Shown here: one piece after another, positions 7,316-16,456 of the stretch
How positions within the stretch are numbered: the stretch's first letter is position 1
Layout: every line of letters starts with the position of its first letter
Assembly (NCBI GenBank): GCA_037190965.1
Contig: JBBCKI010000052.1
Coordinates: 1-21,888 of the forward strand
DNA: 21,888 bases
Reading direction: 5' to 3'
From: Chthoniobacteraceae bacterium
GTDB lineage: Bacteria > Verrucomicrobiota > Verrucomicrobiia > Chthoniobacterales > Chthoniobacteraceae
Program-made: the position numbers and the translations under genes
The notes under the pieces: generated by a model
Seen by the model: only the letters and a program-made list of their open reading frames with translations
Database searches by the model: none
What the model was told of the DNA's origin: nothing

Positions 7316-8560
7316 ATGAGAGCGCCTCTTCCCTTGTTTCGCAGTTTTTTTCTGGGTGGTTTTGAGTGTTCCACGCACCGGCTGCCGAACGGGCGTCGGC
7401 TGGATATGCTTGCCGCCACGCGGCACGACCGGTTCGTGGCCCGGGATTACCGTCTCCTGCAGGACTATGGCATCTACACCGCGCGGGACGGCGTGCGGTG
7501 GCATTTGATCGAACCGGAGCGCGGCGTCTACGACTGGACGAGCGTCCTGCCGATGCTCCGGGCCGCCAAGGAGACGCAGATGCAGGTGATCTGGGATCTC
7601 TGGCACTACGGGTGGCCTGGGGACATTGACATCTTTACACCCGAGTTCGTGGACCGCTTTGCCAAATTCGCCGCGGCGTTTACGGAGCTGGTGAGCGATA
7701 TCGGGACGGAGACTCCGTATCTTTCACCGATCAACGAGATTTCGTTCTTCTCCTGGGCGGGCGGCGACGGCGGAATCATGAACCCGTTTGTGCGGGGGCG
7801 GGGGGCGGATCTCAAGCGGCAATTGGTGCGCGCGAGCATCGCGGCCATCCGCGCCATTCGGGACGTGAACCCGGCGACGCGGCTCTTTCAGGTCGATCCG
7901 ATGATCAACGTGATCCCGCACCGCGACCGTCCCGTTGACGCCCCGGAGGCGGAACTTTACCGCCAGAGCCAATTCCACGTGTGGGACATGATCTCGGGGC
8001 GGCTGGAGCCGGAGCTGGGTGGGCACCCTGATTACCTCGATGTGATCGGCGTCAATTACTACATCCACAACCAGTGGCGTTTCCCCGGCGGCCACGGGTC
8101 GATGATCGTCCCTTCAGACCCCCGTTACCGCCATGTGCGCGACATGCTCGCCGAAATTTACGAGCGTTATCAACGCCCTCTTTTCATCGCGGAGACCGGC
8201 ATCGAGGACGAGACCCGGCCCGCCTGGTTGCGTTATATCAGCAACGAAACGGCCGCCGCCATTTCGGAGGGTGTCCCGATGGAGGGGATTTGTATCTACC
8301 CGGTGGTGAATCATCCGGGATGGAACGACGAGCGGCATTGTTATAACGGCCTGTTCGACTATGCCAACGCCACGGGAGAGCGCGACGTCTATCTCCCCAT
8401 GGCGGCGGAACTGGCCTATCAGCAGCACCGGCTGGATGCGATCCGGTCAGGACGTGAATCGTTTGTTGATACATGGGACCCCGCCAGTTCCGCACTCGAC
8501 TGGGCGGCTCACCTGATGGAGAACCGCACCGACGAAGCGCGCAAGATTTCAAAGAAGTAG
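7316..8560 (+). CDS. Glycoside hydrolase, GH1-like/clan GH-A (putative beta-glucosidase)
   Basis: FFLGGFECSTHR start, RDGVRWHLIE, WDLWHYGWP, acid/base INEIS, GVNYY, and nucleophile FIAETG. Confidence 0.85.
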   Translation: MRAPLPLFRSFFLGGFECSTHRLPNGRRLDMLAATRHDRFVARDYRLLQDYGIYTARDGVRWHLIEPERGVYDWTSVLPMLRAAKETQMQVIWDLWHYGWPGDIDIFTPEFVDRFAKFAAAFTELVSDIGTETPYLSPINEISFFSWAGGDGGIMNPFVRGRGADLKRQLVRASIAAIRAIRDVNPATRLFQVDPMINVIPHRDRPVDAPEAELYRQSQFHVWDMISGRLEPELGGHPDYLDVIGVNYYIHNQWRFPGGHGSMIVPSDPRYRHVRDMLAEIYERYQRPLFIAETGIEDETRPAWLRYISNETAAAISEGVPMEGICIYPVVNHPGWNDERHCYNGLFDYANATGERDVYLPMAAELAYQQHRLDAIRSGRESFVDTWDPASSALDWAAHLMENRTDEARKISKK

Positions 8561-8624
8561 GGGGCGAAATTTCTTCACCGCTTCGCTGGTCCCGGAGGCG
8601 GTTTTCGGACTATAGTGGAGGTCT

Positions 8625-11600
8625 ATGTCCGATTCCTTCGTCCACCTCCATCTCCACACGGAATATTCCACCCTCGACGGGGCGGTTCGCATTCCTGCGC
8701 TGATGAAAAAAGCGAAGGAATTCGGGATGCCCGCCGTGGCGATCACCGATCACGGCGTCATGTACGGCGCGATCGAGTTCTATCAGGAGGCCAAGAAGGC
8801 GGGGATCAAGCCGATCATCGGGTGCGAGGTTTACGTTGCCCCCGGTTCACTCTTTGAAAAGAAGGCCGCTTCGGCTCGCGACGCTTCCTTCCATTTTACG
8901 CTTCTTGCCGAAAACGAGGAGGGTTACCGCAACCTCGTCAAGCTCGTCTCCATCGCCCAACTCGACGGCATGTATTACAAGCCGAGGATTGACCATGAGC
9001 ATCTGGCGAAATTTTCCAAGGGGCTTATCGGTCTGAGCGGCTGCCTGCGAGGCGAAGTGGCGATGGCGTTGCATCAGGATGACGACTACGCCAAGGCGCT
9101 CTCCATTGCGGCGAAATACCGCGACATCCTCGGGCCGGAGAATTTCTTCATGGAGATGCACGACCATGGCCTGGAACAGCAGCGGAAGGCCAACCTCTCC
9201 ATCCCGAAGATCGCCAAAGAACTCGGGCTCGGGCTCGTGGCGGCCAACGACGTCCACTTCCTGACCCGGAACGACCACGAGGCGCACGACGTCATGATCT
9301 GTATCGGCACCGGGGCGAACGTCGCCGACGAGCGCCGGATGAAGTACATCCCGGAGGTCTATTTCAAGAGCCCGGCGGAGATGCGCGCGCTCTTCAAGGA
9401 TTACCCGGAAGCGTGCGACAACACGCTGCTCATCGCGGAACGCTGCGGGTTCGAACTCGACACCACGCCGAAATACCCTGACTACGCCCCGCCCGCCGGG
9501 AAGACGCAGAACGAGTACCTGCGCGAGATCACTGAAGCCGGGATCGCCCGCCGTTACGGCCGGGACGCGGACTCCCCGGAGGTGCAGGAGCGCTACGCGC
9601 TGGAGATCGCGGTTCTGGAGAAACAGGGATTCGTGAATTATTTCCTGATCGTCTGGGACTTTATCAACTGGGCAAAGGAACATGGAATTCCGGTCGGGCC
9701 GGGCCGTGGCTCGGCAGCGGGTTCGCTCATCGCTTACGCGATGGGAATCACCGATATCGACCCGATCAAGTTCAAGCTACTCTTCGAGCGATTCCTCAAC
9801 CCGGAGCGCGTCAGCCCCCCCGACATCGACGTCGATTTTTGCCAGAACCGCCGCCCTGAGGTGATCGAGTACGTTCGCCAGAAGTATGGCGAACGCTCGG
9901 TTTCGCAGATCATCACCTTCGGCACGCTTGGCGCGAAATCGGTGGTGCGCGACGTGGGCCGCGTGCTCGGCTGGAGCTATGGCGACGCGGACCGCGTGGC
10001 GAAGATGATCCCGAACGAACTCGGCATCACGCTGGCCGGGTTCGACAAAAAGAACAAGGAAACCGGGGAGAAGGAGCACGTCGACGGAGCGATCGACAAA
10101 AACCCGGAGCTGAAGAACGCCGTCCAGAACGAACCGGCCACGCGCCAGCTCTGGGAGGCGGCGACCAAGCTCGAAGGTCTCACGCGCGGCACCGGCGTCC
10201 ACGCGGCGGGCGTCGTCATCGGGGCCTGCGACCTGAGCGAGTACATCCCGCTCACCCGCGCGAATGACGGCTCGATTGTGAGCCAGTACGCGATGGGCCC
10301 GCTCACCGATGTGGGGATGCTCAAGTGCGACTTCCTCGGGCTCAAGACGCTTACCGTCATCGACGATGCCCAGAAGCTGATCCACAAGCACACGCCGGGG
10401 TTCGATATTTCCGTCATTCCTCTCGACGACCAGCCGACCTATGACCTCCTGAACCGGGGCGAAACCACGGCGGTGTTCCAGTTGGAATCCGGCGGCATGG
10501 TCAACGTCTGCCGCCAGTTCGACCTGAAGGACATCGAAGACATCAACGCGATTCTCGCGCTCTATCGGCCGGGCCCGATGGACCTGATCCCGGACTACAT
10601 CAAGCGCAAGAAGGGCCTCTCCAAGATCAAGTACGCCCATCCGTTGCTGGCGCAGGTCTGCGCGGACACGCAAGGGATTTTCGTCTACCAGGAGCAGGTG
10701 ATGAAGGCGGTGCAGGTGCTCGCCGGATACACGCTCGGCGGCGCGGACTTGCTGCGCCGCGCGATGGGTAAAAAAGATAAGGAGAAGATGGCGAAGGAGC
10801 GTCTGATCTTCGTCGACGGGTGCAAGAAGAACAACGACATCGATGCCGACAAGGCGAACGAGATCTTCGACTTGCTGGAGAAATTCGCAGGCTACGGCTT
10901 CAACCGTTCCCACTCGGCGGCCTACGCGTGGGTCAGTTACCAGACCGCCTTTCTGAAGGCCAACTACCCGGTGGAGTTCATGGCGGCGGTCATGAGCAAC
11001 GAAATCTCCAACACCGACAAGATCAGCATTTTCGTCGCGGAATGCGAGCGGATGGGGATCAAGATTCTCCCGCCCGACGTCAACAAGAGCTCGCTCAAGT
11101 TTGCCCCCGAGGCGGTCCCCGCCGATCTTCCGTCCAAGCCCGACGGAACGCCTTATCACGGAGCGATCCGTTACGGCCTCGCCGCGATCAAGAACGTCGG
11201 CGAGGCGGCGATGGAGGCTGCCATTGCCGACCGCGAGAAAGATGGGGAGTTCGGTTCGCTGGAGGACTTCTGCGCCCGGGTCGATTCCAAGAAGATGAAC
11301 AAGAAGGGGCTGGAATGCCTTGTGAAGTGCGGGGCGTTCGACTTTACCCGCATGGAGCGAGCCCAGCTTTTCTCGGAGATCGACGGCGCAATGGCGCTTG
11401 CCGCGAGTTCGCACCGCGACCGCGCGCAGGGGCAGGTCTCGCTTTTCGACATGTTTGACACCGCGCCGAAACCGGCCAGGAAGGTGGGATCAACGGTGCA
11501 GCCATGGACGCAGACGGAGAATCTTGCGTTTGAGAAGGAGCTTCTCGGTTTCTATGTCACCGGCCACCCGCTGGACGAATATCGTCCGCTGCTGGAGAGC

Positions 11601-12134
11601 GGGAAGTTCGTGCCGATCGCCAAACTCGCCGAGCAGGAAGACAAGAGCACCGTCACAATCGCGGGAGCGCTGGCCACGGTGGAGAAGAAATTCACCAAGA
11701 AGGACAGCAAGCCATTCGCGATTGTCATACTGGAAGATCTGACCGATCAGCTCGAAGTGATGATCTGGAGCGATTCGTATACAAAGTCGGCTTCCCAGTT
11801 GGTCCAGGGCGCGGTGGTGCAGATGACCGGCCGCCTCGACCTGCGCGAAGAGGGGCCGCGCCTGACCGCCAACGAGGTGAAAGCGATCAAGAAACCAGAC
11901 GCCAAGGAGAAGCCGCTCGTGCTGTCGCTCGACCGGCAGGTGGCGACGGAGAACGATCTCGTTACCATCCGCGACATCATCTGGCAGAACCCCGGGCAGC
12001 GCCGCATCGTCCTCAACATCTCGGGTGACGGCGGGAAAAGCTTTCGTCTCTTCCCGAGCGACGATTTTCGGGTTGCCTCGGGGCCGGAAGTCGAGGAGAA
12101 GCTCTCCCGCTGGATCGCTGCCTCCGCCGCTTGA
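8625..12134 (+). CDS. dnaE: DNA polymerase III subunit alpha
   Basis: PHP domain (HLHLHTEYSTLDG, ITDHG), GPGRGSAAGS, PDIDVDF, FAGYGFNRSHS, clamp-binding QVSLF and C-terminal OB fold. 1169 aa with no intein-sized insert. Confidence 0.99.
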   Translation: MSDSFVHLHLHTEYSTLDGAVRIPALMKKAKEFGMPAVAITDHGVMYGAIEFYQEAKKAGIKPIIGCEVYVAPGSLFEKKAASARDASFHFTLLAENEEGYRNLVKLVSIAQLDGMYYKPRIDHEHLAKFSKGLIGLSGCLRGEVAMALHQDDDYAKALSIAAKYRDILGPENFFMEMHDHGLEQQRKANLSIPKIAKELGLGLVAANDVHFLTRNDHEAHDVMICIGTGANVADERRMKYIPEVYFKSPAEMRALFKDYPEACDNTLLIAERCGFELDTTPKYPDYAPPAGKTQNEYLREITEAGIARRYGRDADSPEVQERYALEIAVLEKQGFVNYFLIVWDFINWAKEHGIPVGPGRGSAAGSLIAYAMGITDIDPIKFKLLFERFLNPERVSPPDIDVDFCQNRRPEVIEYVRQKYGERSVSQIITFGTLGAKSVVRDVGRVLGWSYGDADRVAKMIPNELGITLAGFDKKNKETGEKEHVDGAIDKNPELKNAVQNEPATRQLWEAATKLEGLTRGTGVHAAGVVIGACDLSEYIPLTRANDGSIVSQYAMGPLTDVGMLKCDFLGLKTLTVIDDAQKLIHKHTPGFDISVIPLDDQPTYDLLNRGETTAVFQLESGGMVNVCRQFDLKDIEDINAILALYRPGPMDLIPDYIKRKKGLSKIKYAHPLLAQVCADTQGIFVYQEQVMKAVQVLAGYTLGGADLLRRAMGKKDKEKMAKERLIFVDGCKKNNDIDADKANEIFDLLEKFAGYGFNRSHSAAYAWVSYQTAFLKANYPVEFMAAVMSNEISNTDKISIFVAECERMGIKILPPDVNKSSLKFAPEAVPADLPSKPDGTPYHGAIRYGLAAIKNVGEAAMEAAIADREKDGEFGSLEDFCARVDSKKMNKKGLECLVKCGAFDFTRMERAQLFSEIDGAMALAASSHRDRAQGQVSLFDMFDTAPKPARKVGSTVQPWTQTENLAFEKELLGFYVTGHPLDEYRPLLESGKFVPIAKLAEQEDKSTVTIAGALATVEKKFTKKDSKPFAIVILEDLTDQLEVMIWSDSYTKSASQLVQGAVVQMTGRLDLREEGPRLTANEVKAIKKPDAKEKPLVLSLDRQVATENDLVTIRDIIWQNPGQRRIVLNISGDGGKSFRLFPSDDFRVASGPEVEEKLSRWIAASAA

Positions 12135-12190
12135 TTTTGCCGGAATTGCGATGCAATCTGCGGCCTCCCACGATAAAGATTTTTCCTAAC

Positions 12191-12667
12191 ATGCAATTGA
12201 CCGACGAACAGAAAAAGGTAGTGGCCGGATGGATCGCCGATGGCGCAAAACTCTCCGAAGTGCAGCAGCGGCTCGGCGAGGAGTTCGATATTCGTCTGAC
12301 CTACATGGAAGCCCGTTTTCTGGTCGATGACCTGAAGCTGGTCCCCGCGGAACGAGTGGAACCGCCCAAAAAGGCCGAGGAGGCACCGGTGGCTCCCGGG
12401 GGATCGACAAGTCCGGATGGGGAACTCCCACCCGCCCAGGCACCCGGCGCGGGCAAAGTGCAGGTGTCTCTCGACAAGATCGTGCGTCCCGGGGCGCTGG
12501 TGAGTGGCAAAGTGACTTTCAGCGACGGCGTGGTTGCCGACTGGTACCTCGATCAGATGGGACGCTTCGGCCTTGTTCCGCCTACCCCCGAGTATCGTCC
12601 GGCGCAGGAAGATCTCGCGGAATTCCGTATCCTGCTGGAGCGGGAATTATCGCGGCAGGGGTTGTGA
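12191..12667 (+). CDS. Hypothetical protein (N-terminal helical domain, Pro/Ala linker, C-terminal beta-rich domain)
   Basis: Clean ORF from ATG 12191 (MQLTDEQKKVVAGW), 158 aa, filling the gap after dnaE. Function not recognised. Confidence 0.85.
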   Translation: MQLTDEQKKVVAGWIADGAKLSEVQQRLGEEFDIRLTYMEARFLVDDLKLVPAERVEPPKKAEEAPVAPGGSTSPDGELPPAQAPGAGKVQVSLDKIVRPGALVSGKVTFSDGVVADWYLDQMGRFGLVPPTPEYRPAQEDLAEFRILLERELSRQGL

Positions 12668-12715
12668 AACGGGACGGAACCTTAGGCGATGCGTGACCGT
12701 GTGGGTGAATCGGAT

Positions 12716-12861
12716 GGTAGCCCGCTCTCGCCGAGAGCGCGGCATCAGTGAAGTATCGCGTTTGACGCTCATCCCCGCAGGATGGGTCGCTTGTATTGGG
12801 ATGAGGCGTTCATAAAGCTACGGGAGCCGATGCCCGCGCTCGGCGGCGCGAGCGGACTACC
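12716..12861 (+). repeat. GTAG-type REP doublet (REPIN-like), copy 2
   Basis: GGTAGCCCGCTCTCGCCGAGAGCGCGG ... CCCGCGCTCGGCGGCGCGAGCGGACTACC. Similarity to copy 1 continues to GCACCATTC at ~12879. Confidence 0.85.
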
Positions 12862-12934
12862 GGTGCTTCCGCACCATTCTTTTCTTTACCCCTTGAAACG
12901 TCTTCGCGCCTCAGTCTCTCGCGCCGACTATAGT

Positions 12935-13462
12935 CTACGGCGCGAACCACTTTGCGATCCGGAACTGCCCGCGCATTTGGGTTTTGTCACCGGGGTCGAT
13001 CTTGAGGTTCGCGTTTTCGAAGACGATGAACTGCTCGGGCTGTTGGAGTGTGTTCAAAAAAGCGATCAGGGCGGCCCATGAGCTTTTGGTTTGGACGCCG
13101 ACGGAGACCGATTGGTAGAGCGGTTGGCTGTCCACCGTGCCGAGTTCCGGGCTCTCCAGGAGAACGTTGTGAGCCTTTGCGGCCTGCTTGATGTCTTCGA
13201 GCAGGGCAACTCCGGCGCGCTCGCGGCTCTCCAGCTTCGGTTGTTTGGCGGTGATCCACGCGTCGCGCTGCGCCCAGAGATCGCGTTGCGCGAGGATTTC
13301 TCTCTGCGAATTAAGCTCCAGCTTGCGGGCGGCAAGATCGGCGGAAACCTGCGTATGCTTCTTCTTGAAGGTCGAAAAGACCATCAAGTTTGCGAAGACA
13401 AAGACGATGCCGAGCACGGCGGCCATCATCCCGCGTTCGCGACTGGAAAGACGGTTGATCAT
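12935..13462 (-). CDS. Type II secretion GspM/PilO-like inner-membrane protein
   Basis: LSSRER followed by one TM helix, a coiled coil and a ferredoxin-like C-terminus (WAALIAFLNTLQ). Last gene of the pseudopilin operon, with an ATGA overlap. Confidence 0.75.
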   Translation of the reverse strand: MINRLSSRERGMMAAVLGIVFVFANLMVFSTFKKKHTQVSADLAARKLELNSQREILAQRDLWAQRDAWITAKQPKLESRERAGVALLEDIKQAAKAHNVLLESPELGTVDSQPLYQSVSVGVQTKSSWAALIAFLNTLQQPEQFIVFENANLKIDPGDKTQMRGQFRIAKWFAP

Positions 13463-14742
13463 AGTTTGCCGGAAATGCTGAATTGAGCGTGATCGTTGGG
13501 AGGGAGGAGGATCGGTTGCCCCGCCTCAAGATGGTATTCGTTGAGCCCCTCGACGCTCTTGAGCTTCTCAACCAGCGCGATGGCTTCCGCCGCGTTGGGG
13601 GCTTCACCCTGAACCATGAAATCGCTCTTGCCCTGGTTGAACTGGGTCACCCGTGTATCCCCCGAGGGAAGGCTTTCGAAGACGTTGTTGAGCAACTCCA
13701 CCGTGAACCGCCGCTGGTCGATGGCGGGGGCCAGCGCCCTCCAGCGGGCCTGTGCGGTGACGAGGTTGTCCACCTGCGGGCGGGTGGCTTCCAACTCCCG
13801 TTCCACCGCGCGAAGTTTACTGCCTTGCAGCCCAAGATAGACGAACGCCAGGATGATGCAGGCAGCGTAGGCCAAGCCCACTTTCACGCACTGCTGCTTG
13901 AATCGCCGGGTCCGGGCCTGCCGGGCTCGTTCGAGCCGCCACGCTTCGGGCGCGAGGTTGGGGAAGGGGCTGCCGTCACCGCCTCTTTCTCTGGGTTCCG
14001 TGCAGAGTTCAATGACCGCTCGCTCCGGGACGCCCGCGAGTTTTGCCAGCGGCGCGCGGAATTCGTCCAGCGCGGGATCGAGCAGCAGTGCTTCGAACCG
14101 CGTGGAGGCGCTTGCCAGTTCCGCGCTCAGGAGCATTTGCGAAAAATTCTCCTGCAAACGGGCGGGGGAATCGGCGATTTCCGCAAAGCAGAGGACGCCT
14201 TCCTCGAAAATGCCGAAGACCACGTCGTTTTCTTCCATCCAGACGCCGCACGAGGCTGCGTCCGGGGCCTGCGCGGCAGCGTGCAGGGCGCGGAAGGTGA
14301 CCTCGGAAGGGTGCCGGTTTTTTGTCAGCAACGGCGCGCAGAGCGTCTCCATGGCGGCCCGGTGGACGGCTCCGGCGATCAGCGTCGATTCCGCGCCTCG
14401 CTCCGCTTCTGGGTCGGCGTCGCGCCGGGAGAGAACTTCGAAGCCATGGGTGGTTTCCTCAATCGGGTAGGGGAGCGTCTTTTCGAGTTGATGCTGTACC
14501 ATCCCCTCCAGTTCCGCGGGATCATGCGAGGGAAGCGTGAACCGCTCGAAAACCGCAAGGCGCGTCGGCAGCGCCACCCGGATGGTTTCTCCGGGTGTCG
14601 GGGAAGGCAGAAGTTCCACGGCTTCGGCGAAGGTGGCGGCCTGTTGCGCGCGGCGTTGTCCGTCGCCCGTCACCAGGAGGTGCCAGCCGTTCGCGGCGGG
14701 GAACAGGGAAGCGGTTGTTGGAAGATTTATTTTTCGGTCCAC
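13459..14742 (-). CDS. Type II secretion GspL/PilN-like protein
   Basis: Cytoplasmic domain (ERFTLPS...QHQLEKTLPYP), one TM helix, coiled coil and PilN-like C-terminus (FMVQGEA...ALVEKL). Follows gspK; the GTG start is uncertain. Confidence 0.75.
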   Translation of the reverse strand: MDRKINLPTTASLFPAANGWHLLVTGDGQRRAQQAATFAEAVELLPSPTPGETIRVALPTRLAVFERFTLPSHDPAELEGMVQHQLEKTLPYPIEETTHGFEVLSRRDADPEAERGAESTLIAGAVHRAAMETLCAPLLTKNRHPSEVTFRALHAAAQAPDAASCGVWMEENDVVFGIFEEGVLCFAEIADSPARLQENFSQMLLSAELASASTRFEALLLDPALDEFRAPLAKLAGVPERAVIELCTEPRERGGDGSPFPNLAPEAWRLERARQARTRRFKQQCVKVGLAYAACIILAFVYLGLQGSKLRAVERELEATRPQVDNLVTAQARWRALAPAIDQRRFTVELLNNVFESLPSGDTRVTQFNQGKSDFMVQGEAPNAAEAIALVEKLKSVEGLNEYHLEAGQPILLPPNDHAQFSISGKL

Positions 14743-15638
14743 AAAAGAATTTGAGGGGGATTGCCTTCTACTTTCCGCGCGATTACATCCACTTGTCTAT
14801 GAACATTTCCTGCGGTTCCAATACTGCGGATTCGCACGGTCGAGTCGCGGAACGAGATATAACCGCTGATCTGCTGATATTGTTGCTGTGAAATTCCAAG
14901 ATGGCTGAGGACTTCGTTGATGTTGGAGAAAACTCCGTCGTCCTGCGTTCCATCCTTGCCGTCGGGGCCGCGCCGATAACGGACGAACTGATCCGCGCGC
15001 TGCTCGCCGATTCCCGGGATCAATGCGATCAATTCGGGCGGGGCGGCTTCCAGGTCCAGCGGGCCGGTGCTGTTGAGGGTAAGATCGTCCCTCCATCCCT
15101 CGTAAGCCAGGAGCGGTGCGCTCCCGCGAACCAGCGGTACTTCGTCGAGGCTCGTCATCGGGCGGTTCGACGGTTTGTAATCGGCCTCTTCCTCCGCGCC
15201 GTTGAGCCGATGAACGCTGTCGCCGTCGCTCCAGTCGAGCAGGCAATCGACGAATTTTTCGCGCTCGTCCAGCCGGAGTCCGCGTAAAGCCAGGTATTGC
15301 TTGAGAATTCCCAGCCGCGTCGGGTCTTCATTGGCGAGGAGAAAGTTGAGGTTCAATTTTCCGCCTTCGCCTTCGATGGTGACATCGTAGGAGCGGTCCG
15401 TGCTCGGGGTGGCCTGCAAGACCGGGGAGAATCGTGAGACATTCGGGTGCAGCGCAACGGCAACGCCGGAATGCGCGAGCGCCCGCGCTTCGGAGGCCAG
15501 ATTGGCGTCGCGGGCGATGTTGATCCCGTGATCGATCCACTTGGCCCAGGCAAAGATCACCGCCGAAAGGAGGAGTAGCGCCCAGAGGGCAAGGAGCAGC
15601 GTGGAAGCGCGGCGGAGGTGGGTGCGCGAAAGTTTCAT
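14727..15638 (-). CDS. gspK: Type II secretion minor pseudopilin GspK
   Basis: Hydrophobic N-terminus without Glu5, plus EGEGGKLNLN, LLDWSDGD, N.PMTSLDEV..V.G and LIPGIG motifs. Confidence 0.9.
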   Translation of the reverse strand: MKLSRTHLRRASTLLLALWALLLLSAVIFAWAKWIDHGINIARDANLASEARALAHSGVAVALHPNVSRFSPVLQATPSTDRSYDVTIEGEGGKLNLNFLLANEDPTRLGILKQYLALRGLRLDEREKFVDCLLDWSDGDSVHRLNGAEEEADYKPSNRPMTSLDEVPLVRGSAPLLAYEGWRDDLTLNSTGPLDLEAAPPELIALIPGIGEQRADQFVRYRRGPDGKDGTQDDGVFSNINEVLSHLGISQQQYQQISGYISFRDSTVRIRSIGTAGNVHRQVDVIARKVEGNPPQILLWTEK

Positions 15639-16456
15639 CGCCGGGGTGCGTTGGGCTGGCCTTGTTGACCCTGCCGGGGGGGCGCCTGCGGCGGGCGGTT
15701 TCCTTGTCCTTGGGGAGGGCGGCCTTGGAAATTCGGTGATCCGGGCCGGGGCTGCGGCGTTCCCGTCATGCCGGAAATGGTCACCCCCCTCACTCTCCTG
15801 CCGTTGCCGCCGCTGCCCCCCGCGCCGAAATTAAGCGTCGGCATCTGCGTGGAAGAGGCGGCGTAGGGGACAAGCAGTACCATTTCGTGGGGATCGGGCG
15901 AGGCTCCCCGCCATAGTTTTACCCGGATGAGGGTCGGGCGGACGGCGAGATCGGTCCATTTTTCCATCCACTCGCGGGCGCGGGAGTCAAAGTAGCGTAC
16001 CTCGAGCCCCTTGACGTCCTTCATGAGCGGGAACCAGGTCGCTTCCGCCTTGTTGTCGATATCCTGACGCCGCAGCCCCAGTTCCAGCGGGCCGCCTCCT
16101 TTGGGTTCCTGCACCGTCAGGGTGACCCGGTATTCCCCATTGGCGTGGCGTGTCATGGTGCCGAACCCCGGGTTGGCTATCCATTGGAGTTCGTCCGAGG
16201 GGATATTATTGAAAACATGCGGCTCCCCGGTGATCGCCCCGAGGCGGACGGGCAGCCCCTCCATCTGGGAGCGCAGGAAGCTTCCGAACGATGCCGTGAG
16301 GGCCTGTTCGCGAAATTCCACCTCCGTGGTACGTACCCCGGCGAGCGTCGTCTCCACAAACCGATAGACGCTGATGACCACCAGGCCGAGCACGGCGACG
16401 GCCAGCATGATCTCCAACAGGGTGAATCCGTCGGCTTTATTCGGCACTGTAGACAT
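15635..16456 (-). CDS. gspJ: Type II secretion pseudopilin, GspJ-like
   Basis: Prepilin motif G|FTLLEIM and LEVRYFD...W.EKW...P..IRV. Lies immediately before gspK. Confidence 0.8.
   Translation of the reverse strand: MSTVPNKADGFTLLEIMLAVAVLGLVVISVYRFVETTLAGVRTTEVEFREQALTASFGSFLRSQMEGLPVRLGAITGEPHVFNNIPSDELQWIANPGFGTMTRHANGEYRVTLTVQEPKGGGPLELGLRRQDIDNKAEATWFPLMKDVKGLEVRYFDSRAREWMEKWTDLAVRPTLIRVKLWRGASPDPHEMVLLVPYAASSTQMPTLNFGAGGSGGNGRRVRGVTISGMTGTPQPRPGSPNFQGRPPQGQGNRPPQAPPRQGQQGQPNAPRR

Noticed and set aside
8625..12134. Intein or split in dnaE
   Set aside because: The length is normal, with no splice-junction motifs and only short insertions.
1821..12861. Repeats as a CRISPR array or integron attC sites
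   Set aside because: The copies are dispersed rather than in a regular repeat-spacer array. No cas or integron integrase gene is present, and the flanking genes are not cassettes.
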